A stretch of DNA of 64,000 nucleotides from assembly GCA_024704765.1 (NCBI GenBank), contig JAKMXF010000122.1, positions 62,001 through 126,000 on the forward strand, written 5' to 3'. Of the stretch, positions 1 through 11,011 are shown piece after piece (positions within the stretch are counted from its first letter, which is position 1; the number at the start of each line of letters is the position of its first letter). The DNA is from Oopsacas minuta (taxonomy: Eukaryota > Animalia > Porifera). Below the pieces are notes generated by a model. The model did no database searches. It was not told the DNA's origin and saw nothing but the letters and a program-made list of their open reading frames with translations. The translations under genes and the position numbers were made by a program.

Positions 1-398
1 TAGAGGGTGTTCTTAATTATTTGGTAAAAATAAAGAGTGATAGAAAAGTTCTGGAACTGCCTTAATCTGGAAAATATTTCGGAATATGTTGGATATAATT
101 GGTGGTGGGAGAAATGGCACAAAATGCCAAATTGTGTCTGATCAAAAATTGTATACCAAGGTTCAATTCTACAGGCCGCAATGAACCCTTGACACCCACT
201 TTCAGCTCTTAATCATAAACGGTGTGGGTTGCAGAGCGGATACTGAGTTAAATAACTTCCCACTGCACAAAGATGAATACTCTTATACTAAAGAATAATC
301 GGCACACAAGAAAATGTCCAAATGTATAAATAATAAATATGAGGAGAAAAGACACATCAAAGAGAACAAATAATTCTGCCTGGAAACGAAGAGTCTCA

Positions 399-1301
399 TT
401 AAAATACTTGAATACAATGATGGACATTACGAGAGATAACAATTATTCTACAATGTGAGTCAACTGCGATTCCTTCAGGTAAATTAAAATGAGCCTTTCT
501 CTCTTCGTTGTCAAATATTCTGTGTATCAAATCTCCTGTATTGGAATAAATGAGTACACAATCGGCCCCACGATCTGTCATTAAAATGTTAAATTCCCTG
601 TCAAGAAAGAAATGCCAGGAATCAATCAACTGATTCCCTTCTCCACGAGTATAAAACTGTCGAATTAGTTGATGAGAGTAATCATAGAATCGAATATGAG
701 GGTCATCCTTCACCAACACCACGATACTATGTAACGTCAGCTTAATGTCTGAGGGACAACTAACTTTTTCAATATACGAATGAAATGAAAGATTGAAATT
801 TAAACATTGTATACGATTGTTCCAGTAATCACAAATGTATATAATATTCTGTTCTTTCGATACAGCAATTCCGGTTGGATAACGAAATTTCAATTCACCA
901 TATCCCCTTCCTCCGACAAATCCCATTAGTCTCCCGTCAGTAGAGTATACAGTGACAGAATCAGTATTTGAATGTGTAATATAAATTCTATTAACACCAA
1001 TGCATATGCTAGATGGTCCATCCATCCCCTCATTGAACTGGAATAAGAATTGTAAATTTTCACTAAAGACTTGAACTCGACTCTTTTCCTTGTCACAAAC
1101 ATAAACATCATTTGTTTGGTAATCAATGGCAATAGATTCTGGATAATTAAACTCAGCAGGTTTTGAAGGGGAACTTTGTCTGAGCACACCAGCTACAATT
1201 TTCGGATTTCCTACACTTTTATAAGTTACACTTCTCATTTTAAATGATCGAGCATCATTAGCAATTATCTCTTGTATATGATCTCCAAATTCATACATCA
1301 C
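399..1301 (-). CDS. NHL-repeat (six-bladed beta-propeller) protein, possibly N-terminally truncated
   Basis: 300-aa ORF with repeated NHL motifs: FNYPESIAID..VYVCD, GPSSICI..IYITH, FRYPTGIAVS..IYICDYWNNRIQ, FNLPEGIAVD..IIV. An in-frame stop lies at 1329-1331, just upstream. Confidence 0.85.
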   Translation of the reverse strand: MMYEFGDHIQEIIANDARSFKMRSVTYKSVGNPKIVAGVLRQSSPSKPAEFNYPESIAIDYQTNDVYVCDKEKSRVQVFSENLQFLFQFNEGMDGPSSICIGVNRIYITHSNTDSVTVYSTDGRLMGFVGGRGYGELKFRYPTGIAVSKEQNIIYICDYWNNRIQCLNFNLSFHSYIEKVSCPSDIKLTLHSIVVLVKDDPHIRFYDYSHQLIRQFYTRGEGNQLIDSWHFFLDREFNILMTDRGADCVLIYSNTGDLIHRIFDNEERKAHFNLPEGIAVDSHCRIIVISRNVHHCIQVF

Positions 1302-2369
1302 TATTAGTAATCTTAAACTAAACTTGATTCATTGGACTATCTTTCATTATCAATTCTTAAATTCATCTACATACAAATATCTAAATTACATAAATAATTG
1401 CGATATAACAAATCAAGTACGAAATTTCATTTCAGGTGCGTTAGATACATTTTGAAGGGTCTGGATAGGCTAAATTCTCAAAATAAGTATTTATGGAATT
1501 TTAGTATTCTGAAACAATTACTTGAACATTATTCTGAGGTTTTAAATATTAACGAAATTTCTCTAAAAAGTGAGATATTGAAATACCACACATGAACCCT
1601 AATTTTATCCTAATGTTATGAAATAGATCAATGTAAAAAATTATTTGCTGGTGTCTACAGAGTCTGTTGAGCATACATTTTAATGTATGAATAGAATAAA
1701 CTTTCAAGAGAGGGAATCTATCTGATTGTCTTCTAAGTGATCTTAGCCTATAACAGATAACAGATATATAACTCAGAATTTGGATTCAAATGAGATGATT
1801 GAAGCGCTTGTTGCAAAAGAAAGAATAATACCATTAAAGAATTAAATGGATCTAGTATTTATTAAGAAATTGATTGCATTTATCATTTATCTTTGTTATG
1901 CCATCCTTTTTGTTCTCACTAGACTTCATTTTAGACAATTAACAATGCATCTTTCATTTTCGAATTAATATATGAAATAATATATATAAATTTTGTAAAA
2001 TATAAACACCGTCATGATTATTGGTTCATTCTTGAGTTAGAGTAGGGATCATGGATGAAACATATTATGAATATGCCAATATAACAATACAACCCGATAA
2101 TCGTTAAATTATTGTCAATCAGTAGAACCTATTTATACTATACGTACTTCCCATACCTTTTATATTTTAATACATTTTGATGTGATATATCTTACCAATG
2201 TCACGTAATCATGAATATACCCATATTTGGTCATTTTTATGATTACGCAATTAGCTTAAGAGATATCATGTCAAAGGGTATTAATAAAAAACTCTATTAC
2301 CAGTTTACCACATTGTAATGAAAAGAAGTTGTATTTGTTTACAGACTACAGTGAATTCATTAATTTAGT

Positions 2370-3433
2370 ACCTGGGGAAAAAGGGGAAGACTAGCTCATA
2401 CATTCTTCGTGAAATGCAGGATATTTTCGGTCATGAATGTCCTTCGAAAGCCACCATATATAGATGGATCGAACGTTTTGATAATGGCGATGAGGACCTC
2501 CACGATGACCCCCGTTCAGGTCGTCCGACTTCCTCAAAAACCCGCAGTAATATCGAGAGGGTCCAAACAATTCTGGATGACAGACGAATAACCCTGCGAG
2601 AGTTAGAAGAGAGGGTAGGTATATCAAAAGCCACACTACACTCGATTATCACTGAAGATGTGGAAATGTCGAAGGTAACTGCGCGTTGGATCCCAAAAAC
2701 TTCTTTCAAAAGTACAAAAACGCGAAAGGGCCAGAGTTAACAAAGAATTACCTTCAAGATACAAGGCAGGGGAAGACTTTTTGGATCGTATAGTAACGGG
2801 GGATGAAACTTTGTTTATTATTATGAACCAGAGAGCAAAACTCAATCGAAGCAGTGGAAGAGACGTGATGAACCTGTACCCATCAAGGTAAAGGCCGCAA
2901 AATCAGCAGGGAAGAGAATGGCAACAGTATTTTGGGATACAGAAGGAATTATACACCTGGACTGGTTGCCTGAGATGACCACCATAAACAGTGATTATTA
3001 CCTTGACGAATTGAAAGAATTACGTCAAGCGATTAAACTTGAGAGGCGAGGCTAGTTGACACGGCGTATTGCTGCAATATGACAACGCAAGGCCCCATGT
3101 AAGCTCCAAGACAATGGCTGCAATTGACGACTTAGGGTTCGAATGCCTCCCCCATCCCTCGTATAGTCCAGACTTGGCTCCCAGTGACTACTGGCTGTTT
3201 GGAGAGATGAAGAGACCCTTTCGAGGGAAGAGATTTGAGGATTTCAAATGGGTGGGAAAATGGGATCCCTAAAGAATTCTATACCACTGGGCTGGAAAAG
3301 TTACCAGAACGATGAAAATGATGTAGAAAGTTAAAGGAAGAATTTATCGAAACATTTGATAATCAATTATGATAAGTATAGGTTTAATACATAAATTATG
3401 AAAAAAGTCTTGTTATTTATTGAACAACCCTTG
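2370..3433 (+). mobile_element. Degenerate mariner (DD34D-type) transposon, 5' end not found
   Basis: Frameshifted transposase pieces: TIYRWIERF..DDPRSGRP, ARWIPK, GDET, YDNARPH, YSPDLAPSDYWLF. Mariner-like 3' TIR ...ttatttattgaacaacccttg followed by TA at 3434-3435. Confidence 0.85.
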
Positions 3434-3453
3434 TAAGAAAGAGTATTGCATTA

Positions 3454-4207
3454 TATAGACTAAGGCAAATGTTGACACTAGAATGTCTCTACCAGGATTG
3501 ATTGAATACCTCAATATTCACATAGGGATATCCTATTAGTCACGATAAATACAACTGGTACATTTTGCCTGAAAAAATATTATTTATACAATACTGGCAG
3601 AAATGATGTCATCTGCTCGCTTACTTAGCAATTATGTCAAATAAATGCTCTAATGATAAAACTCTGTAATAAGAAAATTAATCACTTATCGTCTCAAATT
3701 ACTACCATGGGATCGGAGGAATGTTGGCGCACAAAATCTCTAAAATTTGTCATGATAAAATTCTCAGGTTTCAGAGTTATAGGAGTAACATAGATGACAT
3801 ATTTTTGCCAATATTCTCCCATACAACTTGACAATTTTCAATGTTTATTTGACCAAAGCATGTTATAAACATATATTATATATCCCACTTCCGATACCCT
3901 GATAATACATTTTAATATGAAATCTATGATGATTATGACGTATTCTTGAAAATGACCATATTGATGACTGCGCAAAACTCTTCTTAGACATAATTGCTAA
4001 GTAAGCAAGTAGATGATGTCATTTCGGCCTGGAATACTTTGTGGATATACAATGTGTGCATTGTCAAATATCAATAATACATTTATTCTGGTAAAAATGC
4101 CAGTTTATTTGATAGTAACAATGATAGACTTTCCCTATGTGAATATTGAGGTACTCAATCAATCCCTGGTCCAGAATTTTTAGTGACCACCTTTGCCCTA
4201 GTGTATA
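3454..4207. mobile_element. MITE with long imperfect terminal inverted repeats
   Basis: tatagactaaggcaaat...caggattgattgaatacctcaatattcacataggga at the left is mirrored by tccctatgtgaatattgaggtactcaatcaatccctgg...tttgccctagtgtata at the right. Further mirrored blocks lie at ~3600-3640 and ~3985-4025. Confidence 0.7.
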
Positions 4208-5714
4208 GAATGCTATGGTAGGAGTTACTTTTGTAATTGATTTGGGAAGTAATTTCCCACAAAACTGAAAACTCAGAGACCAGAGCTCTCAGTTCGAAAG
4301 AGAGGACGGCCTAGCAGGAGCTAAAACTATGGCAACAAACCAATTAAGCGACCTAAATGGAACTAAAATGATTACTTCATGACATGCATTATCCAATTTT
4401 AATATACTATAAAACGTGATTAGTCTGGGTATATGCCATAGACTACTTGAATACAGGGCCGTAGCCCCTGGTCAGGTTGGTCAAGTTAACCTGACTACTC
4501 AGTCAGGTTGGTCAGGTTGGTCAGGTTATGGTCGGGTTTCATCAAATTGTTAATTAACGGTATTTAACCAGTCCCGAGCATAGTAATGTAGTAAGCTCTT
4601 AGTTAACTAGCTTATTCTTGTTTTCTTTGCGGCATGCGTATGATCATATTTCGACCTACTATTGACCAGATCTCGACACGTAACTTCTATCTGAGATTGA
4701 TTTAGATCCTTCTTGCGTTCTGGATATACTTTTAACCCACCTCTGGACGAATATTTAAAAATATCATTGACTTAGAATTATAGCCCTGGCTAGAGTCACA
4801 CTTTTATATAATATATCAGGGCAGTCGCCATCGGTCCGGTTTGTCAGGTTTCAATCTTACCGATTTTGCTACCAAATTTTCCAATAATTCACCAACTGGT
4901 CAGTTGTACAAGTTAGCCTGACCACTTTGTCTTGTTTGTGCTGTATTCAACCGGACCACTTGTATTTTCATGGCTACAGCCCTGACTGTAGGCTGCCAGC
5001 TCGTGTCCTGGAACTTGGGTCCATTGTTTTCTTAATCACCTACTCCGCTAAAGTTATACTACAAAATGTATTATTGTTAGCGGTCGAGGTATTTATATGA
5101 GTTTCTGTTTTGTAGAAACAGGGCATTTTTGCACGAAAAATTTATTGCGCATGTGTAGAACAACAAATATCAACAAGTGCATTCTAAAATTTCAGGAATG
5201 ATAGCTTGTAGTGGCCTATATAGCGTTAACTATTGAGATATTTCATTTTCGAGTTAATGTATGGAATGATTTCAGATAAATTTTTGTTTGAAATATAAAA
5301 ACTTTCATTATAAAGTCAGTCATTCTTGAGTTACAGTAGAGACTATGGGTGTGTATGACACATTTTTATAAATTTCCAAATATCAACCAATAATCTTTAA
5401 AATTATTCTCAAATCAGTAAGCCTGTTTATACTATATACCAACTTCACATACCCTTGTAATATATTACCAGATTTATCCTCTCGGATATAATCCTACTAT
5501 TATCTATATAGAGGAGTTTTTCTCAGAACCCTAGTGTCTTGATAGAAAATCTCAAGACCCTAAGGTTCTAGCCTACATATTCATTCCAGGGTCTTATATT
5601 TACTAATGTAAATTTATCTTTATAATTTCTACTATTAAACACAAGTTGTTTTTTTCTCTATAATCCAATCAAACACCACACCAGTTATCCAAATACCTTA
5701 GAATACTTGTTTAA

Positions 5715-7072
5715 ATGAGTTCTGGGGACGAGCTAAAAGAGATATCTTCAGATGAGGAGAAAGGCATGTACCCTACTCTACCTGAAACGAAAGATAGAGA
5801 CCCGTCACCAGTGGAGAAGCAGAAAGAAAATTTTGAAATCACTGAAGGCTCTTCAGAAGAGAAGGAACAACGCGAACAGCTTTCGAATATGAGAAAAATC
5901 AACTTACTTCGTGTTTCCATGATGGTGTACAATATCGTATTCTTAATATTGAGCGTCATAATCCTGATTACTGGTATTTACCTGCTTGTGTCGGGTGATG
6001 ACATTTCATTTTCTGGAACCAATTTTTTGTCAGGGAGCATCATCGTAATTATAGTTGGTGTCGTTGTGCTCGGTCTCAGTATATTGGGTTTCATTGCAGC
6101 TATTTTGCCATTCCATATCTTAATTTGGATCTACGCTCTACTAATGTTCTTGGTGTTTGCTGTTGAGATCGGAATTGGTGTATGGGGATTCGTTGTTAGA
6201 GATGACATAGTTTACAGTAAGTGAGTCCTAATTTGGGTGAACGTTATCTTTTGACTTTAGCCACATATTTTTTATTTCCTAAAACATTACACAGCTTCAA
6301 ATATTTACTTTTTACTAATTCTGCTTTCGGTTTTTATTAGTATCTGTTATCAATTTTAATTATTCCTGGATCGAAAAGTTTTACTCATTTGGCGAGATAA
6401 AATGTTGAATATCTATTGGTAAAAGTTAACCTGTCGATCAACAGTCTAGGCTACTAAAAAACTTTAAGTCCTAATATACGTTTAAATTATGAAAATTTGT
6501 AGCGAGGGAATATTCAGTTTGGTCACTTTCAACCAGCTTTAACCCTCAACCAATTCTCCTCTATTTAATAAATTTCAATATCCCTATATATATATACTAA
6601 AAATTTTGTTAAAATTTACTTTTTAGATCTCCGAGAAGAGTTTCAAGTGGGAATTTCGGTAGAATTTGGCAATGGTAACCAGCTATATGTTAGTAGCATT
6701 ATTGCAATCCAAGATGCATTCGACTGTTGCGGCTACTATGGTTACAGAGATTGGGACACCTCAAGTTATATCAATAATACTTTTTCCGGACAAAACTTCA
6801 TATCATACCCTAGGAGTTGCTGCGATGAAAATTTCTTCTCATTTGATGGAGATGAATACTGTAACGATACAACACTTTTGGCCATGAATATTCCTGGATG
6901 TCAGACTAAAATAAATGCGGTTGCACATGGTGTAGTGTTCGGTGTTGGAATAATTGGTGTGATTTTAGCCTTGATACAGACAGTAGGTATTCTGATAGCT
7001 CTCTTCCTCAGTTGCTACAAGTATAGATATCAAGATATTAAACTCAAGATGATTCCTAATTTCAAGAATTAA
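5715..7072 (+). CDS. Tetraspanin, two exons: join(5715..6216,6627..7072), ~315 aa
   Basis: Three TM segments in exon 1. The GTAAGT donor at 6217 and the ttttAG acceptor at 6625-6626 join in frame (codon a|at). Exon 2 carries the CCG motif, PRSCC, further Cys residues and TM4. Confidence 0.9.
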
Positions 7073-7624
7073 TGAATAACATTGGATAATGTATGGATAT
7101 TTTATATATTGTGGGTCCAAATTATAATACTGGTGAAGTAGATAGAGGTATTATATTGATTGTAAATTATGAATAGAGAGTATTTTTTGTTTTTTTCTAA
7201 ATTATCAGACTTGTTTTAATTCATCACAAGATTGCATAATGATGTAGTATATATGGGAGTGGGTATCATTATATCTGTATATATACACTGTAAAGAAAAG
7301 GGGATAGTCATAGCATTTATATACACTAAGGCGATGTAGTCACTAAAAGTTTTCGGATTAAGGATTCACCAATATAATCTAATTAAATATTTTATGCTAG
7401 CGAGCTTCCCCTGCTAGGTCGCTGTGCGACAGCTTTGTCGCTCATTTCGTAGACTAATAAATACTACAAATAGAATAATGGCCGAGCAGCAAATAATTAA
7501 GAGAAGCCAGTTTTCTAAATTTTATCAAAGTTATATTCAAATTCTAGTGTAGCCCTCAAGGCTAAAAGTTAAGATTATATTAAATGCAGTCTTTGCGAAA
7601 TCAAGGTAAAAAGTTGGTGGAGGT

Positions 7625-8011
7625 CAGGGTTTGGGTCAATTACAATTATAATTGTGTAATTGTAATTTAATTGTAATTGATAATTTCAGGAGTCTTATAA
7701 TCGTAATTAATCGTAATTGATTTCCAATTTGGTGTAATAGTTCAATTATTTTTCAATTACATTTTTGGTTTTTCATGGGTGTGAAATGTTCCAATGAATT
7801 ATAAATTCTGTGTGTTCGTAAACACAAAGTTCCTATAAATATCTACAGTGTAATTGTAATTAATTGTAATTGGAGGGAAAAAATTGAAATGTAATTGTAA
7901 TTGGAACTTTTTCGTAGTTCTATAATTGTAATTAATTGTAATTGAACATTTTACTTGTCTTGTAATTGATTCGTAATTGTAATTGAACAAATGTAATTGA
8001 CCCCAACCCTG
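7625..8011. mobile_element. hAT-type MITE with internal (GTAATT)n-like repeats
   Basis: TIRs cagggtttgggtcaattaca / tgtaattgaccccaaccctg; degenerate 8-bp TSD gtggaggt / tcggaggt; many taattgtaat units inside. Confidence 0.75.
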
Positions 8012-8509
8012 TCGGAGGTTCACTTTTCATTTTGCATATAAATTTCTAGTTTTGGAGCCACGGGCGCCTAAAGTTCAGAAATACATCAGAGATGACGTAA
8101 GCAGAAAAATGATAGTTGCTTCCTGATCGTGGGGCCTCAGAGCCAAAAGATACTTTGCATATGTCTAATAATCTTATCTCCCCTGGATATTTAGTCGGGG
8201 GTGTATTGTTGCATCCATGAAAATCTGAAAAGTGAGGATGACCCAACATTTTTGCACAAAGTGTCATAATTTAGCCTACTCCCAGGGCCTGTATTGAAAC
8301 TCATGAAACTAGTATTATATTATACAAATTTTTATACATCTGGGATTGATAGTTTGTCCATGTCACCCAAGTGTCTGGGGGGGGGGGGTGTCAATGAAGT
8401 TTGGGACCCGCTGTCAGGGTTGGGCTAAAGTATTTTTGCAAGTAACTTAAGTACAAGTAAAAGTACAGATAACATGTTTTTGTATCTAAGTGCAAGTAAA
8501 AAGTATATA

Positions 8510-8690
8510 CAGTAGACTCTCGTTAATAAGTACACCAGGGGACTCCCAAAATTCGTACTCCTTATCTGGACTACGTATTATCCGAATTAATTTACATTGG
8601 AAATGCATCGAAGGGGCTGATAAAGTGTACAAATTGTACTCCTTATCCTGAGTTACGCCTTACTATGTTCGTATTAAGGAGACTCTACTG
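8510..8690. mobile_element. Tc1/pogo-type MITE nested in an AAGTAC-repeat hAT-like MITE remnant
   Basis: TA|cagtagactctc ... gagactctactg|TA. The flanks carry cagggttggg starts (8415, 9001) and aagtac repeats. Confidence 0.65.
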
Positions 8691-9312
8691 TATTGTTTGT
8701 TATGAGTATAGAGAAGAGACCTATTGGTATTATAATAGGTTCATTACTTGACTTGTCATTATTTGACAATAATATGCCATTTACTTTTCATGACAAATAG
8801 ACATGAAAATACTTAACTTTAAGTACTTTAGCAAAGTACTTAAACCAAAGGTGGATACCTCACACCCAAATGTAAACTTTTATGTTAATCGGACTGTTGA
8901 ATTTCGCACTGGCGCCACAAACTGATCTAGAAACAATTTAGCTTTTTGATAGTACTGGTATGGTTTGGTCAACAGCAAAATGCTTACTGTCTACGGCTGG
9001 CAGGGTTGGGTTCCAGTATATTTTTATGAGTACTATACTTGTACTTGTACTATGGTTTTCTAAAACGAAGATACCGAAATTAAAAATTACTAAAGTTTAG
9101 TAATTTTTTTAGCTTACTACATCATTTACACGTTTTGTATAAGGAACTTTAACTCACAATTCAACCTGAAGTCCTTATTTTTCTGCCAATTAAGGCTGAA
9201 AGTTCCTTTTCAGTCATTATTTTCTTGTACTAGAAATATATGTTGCAACTTAGGACTTTATTATACGTATTAGAATTAGAAACCTCATATTAACATTCAG
9301 AAAAATTGCTTG

Positions 9313-10623
9313 ATGGCTACAAAACAGACTGAACTTGTACGATTGTTATTCTGTGATGCATCAGGTGGAAGAAGATGTCGGGTAATTCCTAAAGAAACAT
9401 ATATGACTTCTCAAGGAATTGGAATTACGAAAGCAGTGATGGGATTACCATCTTTTGAAGATGTGGTTGTGAAAAATGGTGGGGTTGATGCAGTAGGAGA
9501 AGTTCGACTGATTGGTGATCCTAACACCCTTGTAAGGTTACCCTGGAGTCAGTTTAGTTATTTTGCACTATGTAACATGTACACACATGATAAGAATATA
9601 TGGGAGCTATGTCCAAGGGGTGTACTGATGCAATCCATTGAACAATTTAAGAAGGAATTCCAACTAGAACTAGATGTAGGATATGAAATAGAATTCTTAC
9701 TAATCAACCAAGATGGTACTCCGCTAAACAATTATTTATACGGCTCATCTACTGCCTATGAAGAAGCCTCTGTCGTGATAGAAGAGATCTATCATTCTCT
9801 TCTAGAAATGGGAATTGAGGTTGATCAGCTACACAAAGAATCTGCTCCTGGACAATACGAGATAGTTCTACACTATGGGCCTGTATTGTCTTTATGTGAT
9901 AAGTTATTGTTAGCTAGAGAGGTTATAACTGCTATAGCATTACGACACAAACTTAAGGTCAGTTTTATTCCAAAGGCTTCAGTCACAGCAGCTGGTAACG
10001 GTAATCATGTACACGTGAGCTTTAGAAAGATTGGATTTCCCGAGAATGTATTCCCTGATACCAATGAAAAGTATGGTATATCGAAGTTAGGTCAGTTTTT
10101 CATGGCAGGTATCCTCAAACATTTACAAGTCCTCACCAATTTTACAGTGCCATCTCCTAACAGCTTTTCACGATTGAAACCAAGCTGTTGGAGTGGAGCA
10201 TTCGTGTGTTGGGGCCTGGATAACAGAGAGGCACCTGTCAGACTGACAAGTACTGGAGAGAATGGACAACCAACCAACTTTGAGCTGAAACTAATGGATG
10301 CTAGTGCGAACCCATACGTTGCTATGGCTGCTCTATTAACTTCCGGTATGGATGGGCTTAGAAGTCAGCTATCACTACCAGATCCCGTATGTATAGATCC
10401 AGCCGGGATAAAGGAGGAGGAGAGGAACAAGAAAGGAATTATAATGCTTCCCCAAACGATTGGAGAAGCTGTGAAGATGTTGGAAAAAGGAGAAGGTGAT
10501 ATTTTCCGCGAGGCACTTGGACCAGCATTGGTGAAACTATGGATTGCAGTAAGGAAAAGAGAAGGTGAAGTATTTGATGAACGTTTTGAACTTCAAATAA
10601 CTGAGCTCTTCTACAAATTCTAA
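9313..10623 (+). CDS. Glutamine synthetase type I-like protein (lengsin / FluG-nodGS-like), intronless, ~436 aa
   Basis: Motifs RLLFCDASG, GYEIEF, HKESAPGQYEI, GNGNHVHVS, NSFSRL, WGLDNREAPVR and NFELKLMDASANPY. First ATG at 9313. Confidence 0.9.
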   Translation: MATKQTELVRLLFCDASGGRRCRVIPKETYMTSQGIGITKAVMGLPSFEDVVVKNGGVDAVGEVRLIGDPNTLVRLPWSQFSYFALCNMYTHDKNIWELCPRGVLMQSIEQFKKEFQLELDVGYEIEFLLINQDGTPLNNYLYGSSTAYEEASVVIEEIYHSLLEMGIEVDQLHKESAPGQYEIVLHYGPVLSLCDKLLLAREVITAIALRHKLKVSFIPKASVTAAGNGNHVHVSFRKIGFPENVFPDTNEKYGISKLGQFFMAGILKHLQVLTNFTVPSPNSFSRLKPSCWSGAFVCWGLDNREAPVRLTSTGENGQPTNFELKLMDASANPYVAMAALLTSGMDGLRSQLSLPDPVCIDPAGIKEEERNKKGIIMLPQTIGEAVKMLEKGEGDIFREALGPALVKLWIAVRKREGEVFDERFELQITELFYKF

Positions 10624-11011
10624 CATACTTGGTGAGACGCAAAAGTAGTGAGATTAGGTGTGTAACTTGAGCATAATCACAAATTTTATATGTTATCTCC
10701 ACATAACTGTTAATACTACATCATATATTGTACAAAATTCGGTTTATACACAATTCTTATCATTTCTTTTCTCGTAATTCACTATATTGTTAATAGAGAA
10801 TATACTCTTGCAGCGTTGATGAATTTAGACAAAGAACATTTCAGGGCTTACATATTTATCGAGTTTAGGAGGGGTAAAATCCCGTCAAAAATTCACGATC
10901 AACTTCTGGAAGCAAAACTCGACGAATCCCGTCAAGAGCGACTGTGTTTAGATGGTATCAAAGGTTTAATGAGGAGAGACTTTCGTTGAAGGACGATCCC
11001 AGGGTGGGCCG

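Noticed and set aside
399-1301. NHL six-bladed propeller as a RAG2 equivalent
   Set aside because: RAG2 is a kelch-type propeller with a PHD finger. This gene has NHL motifs and lies ~10 kb outside the TSD-defined element.
7640-8000. Regularly repeated taattgtaat units as a CRISPR-like array
   Set aside because: These are short AT-rich units without unique spacers, inside a hAT MITE with TIRs and a TSD, in a eukaryotic context.
9313-10623. Bacterial contamination suggested by a GSI-type gene
   Set aside because: It is contiguous with eukaryotic transposons and near a spliced tetraspanin, and it has a similar AT-rich composition with no operon context.
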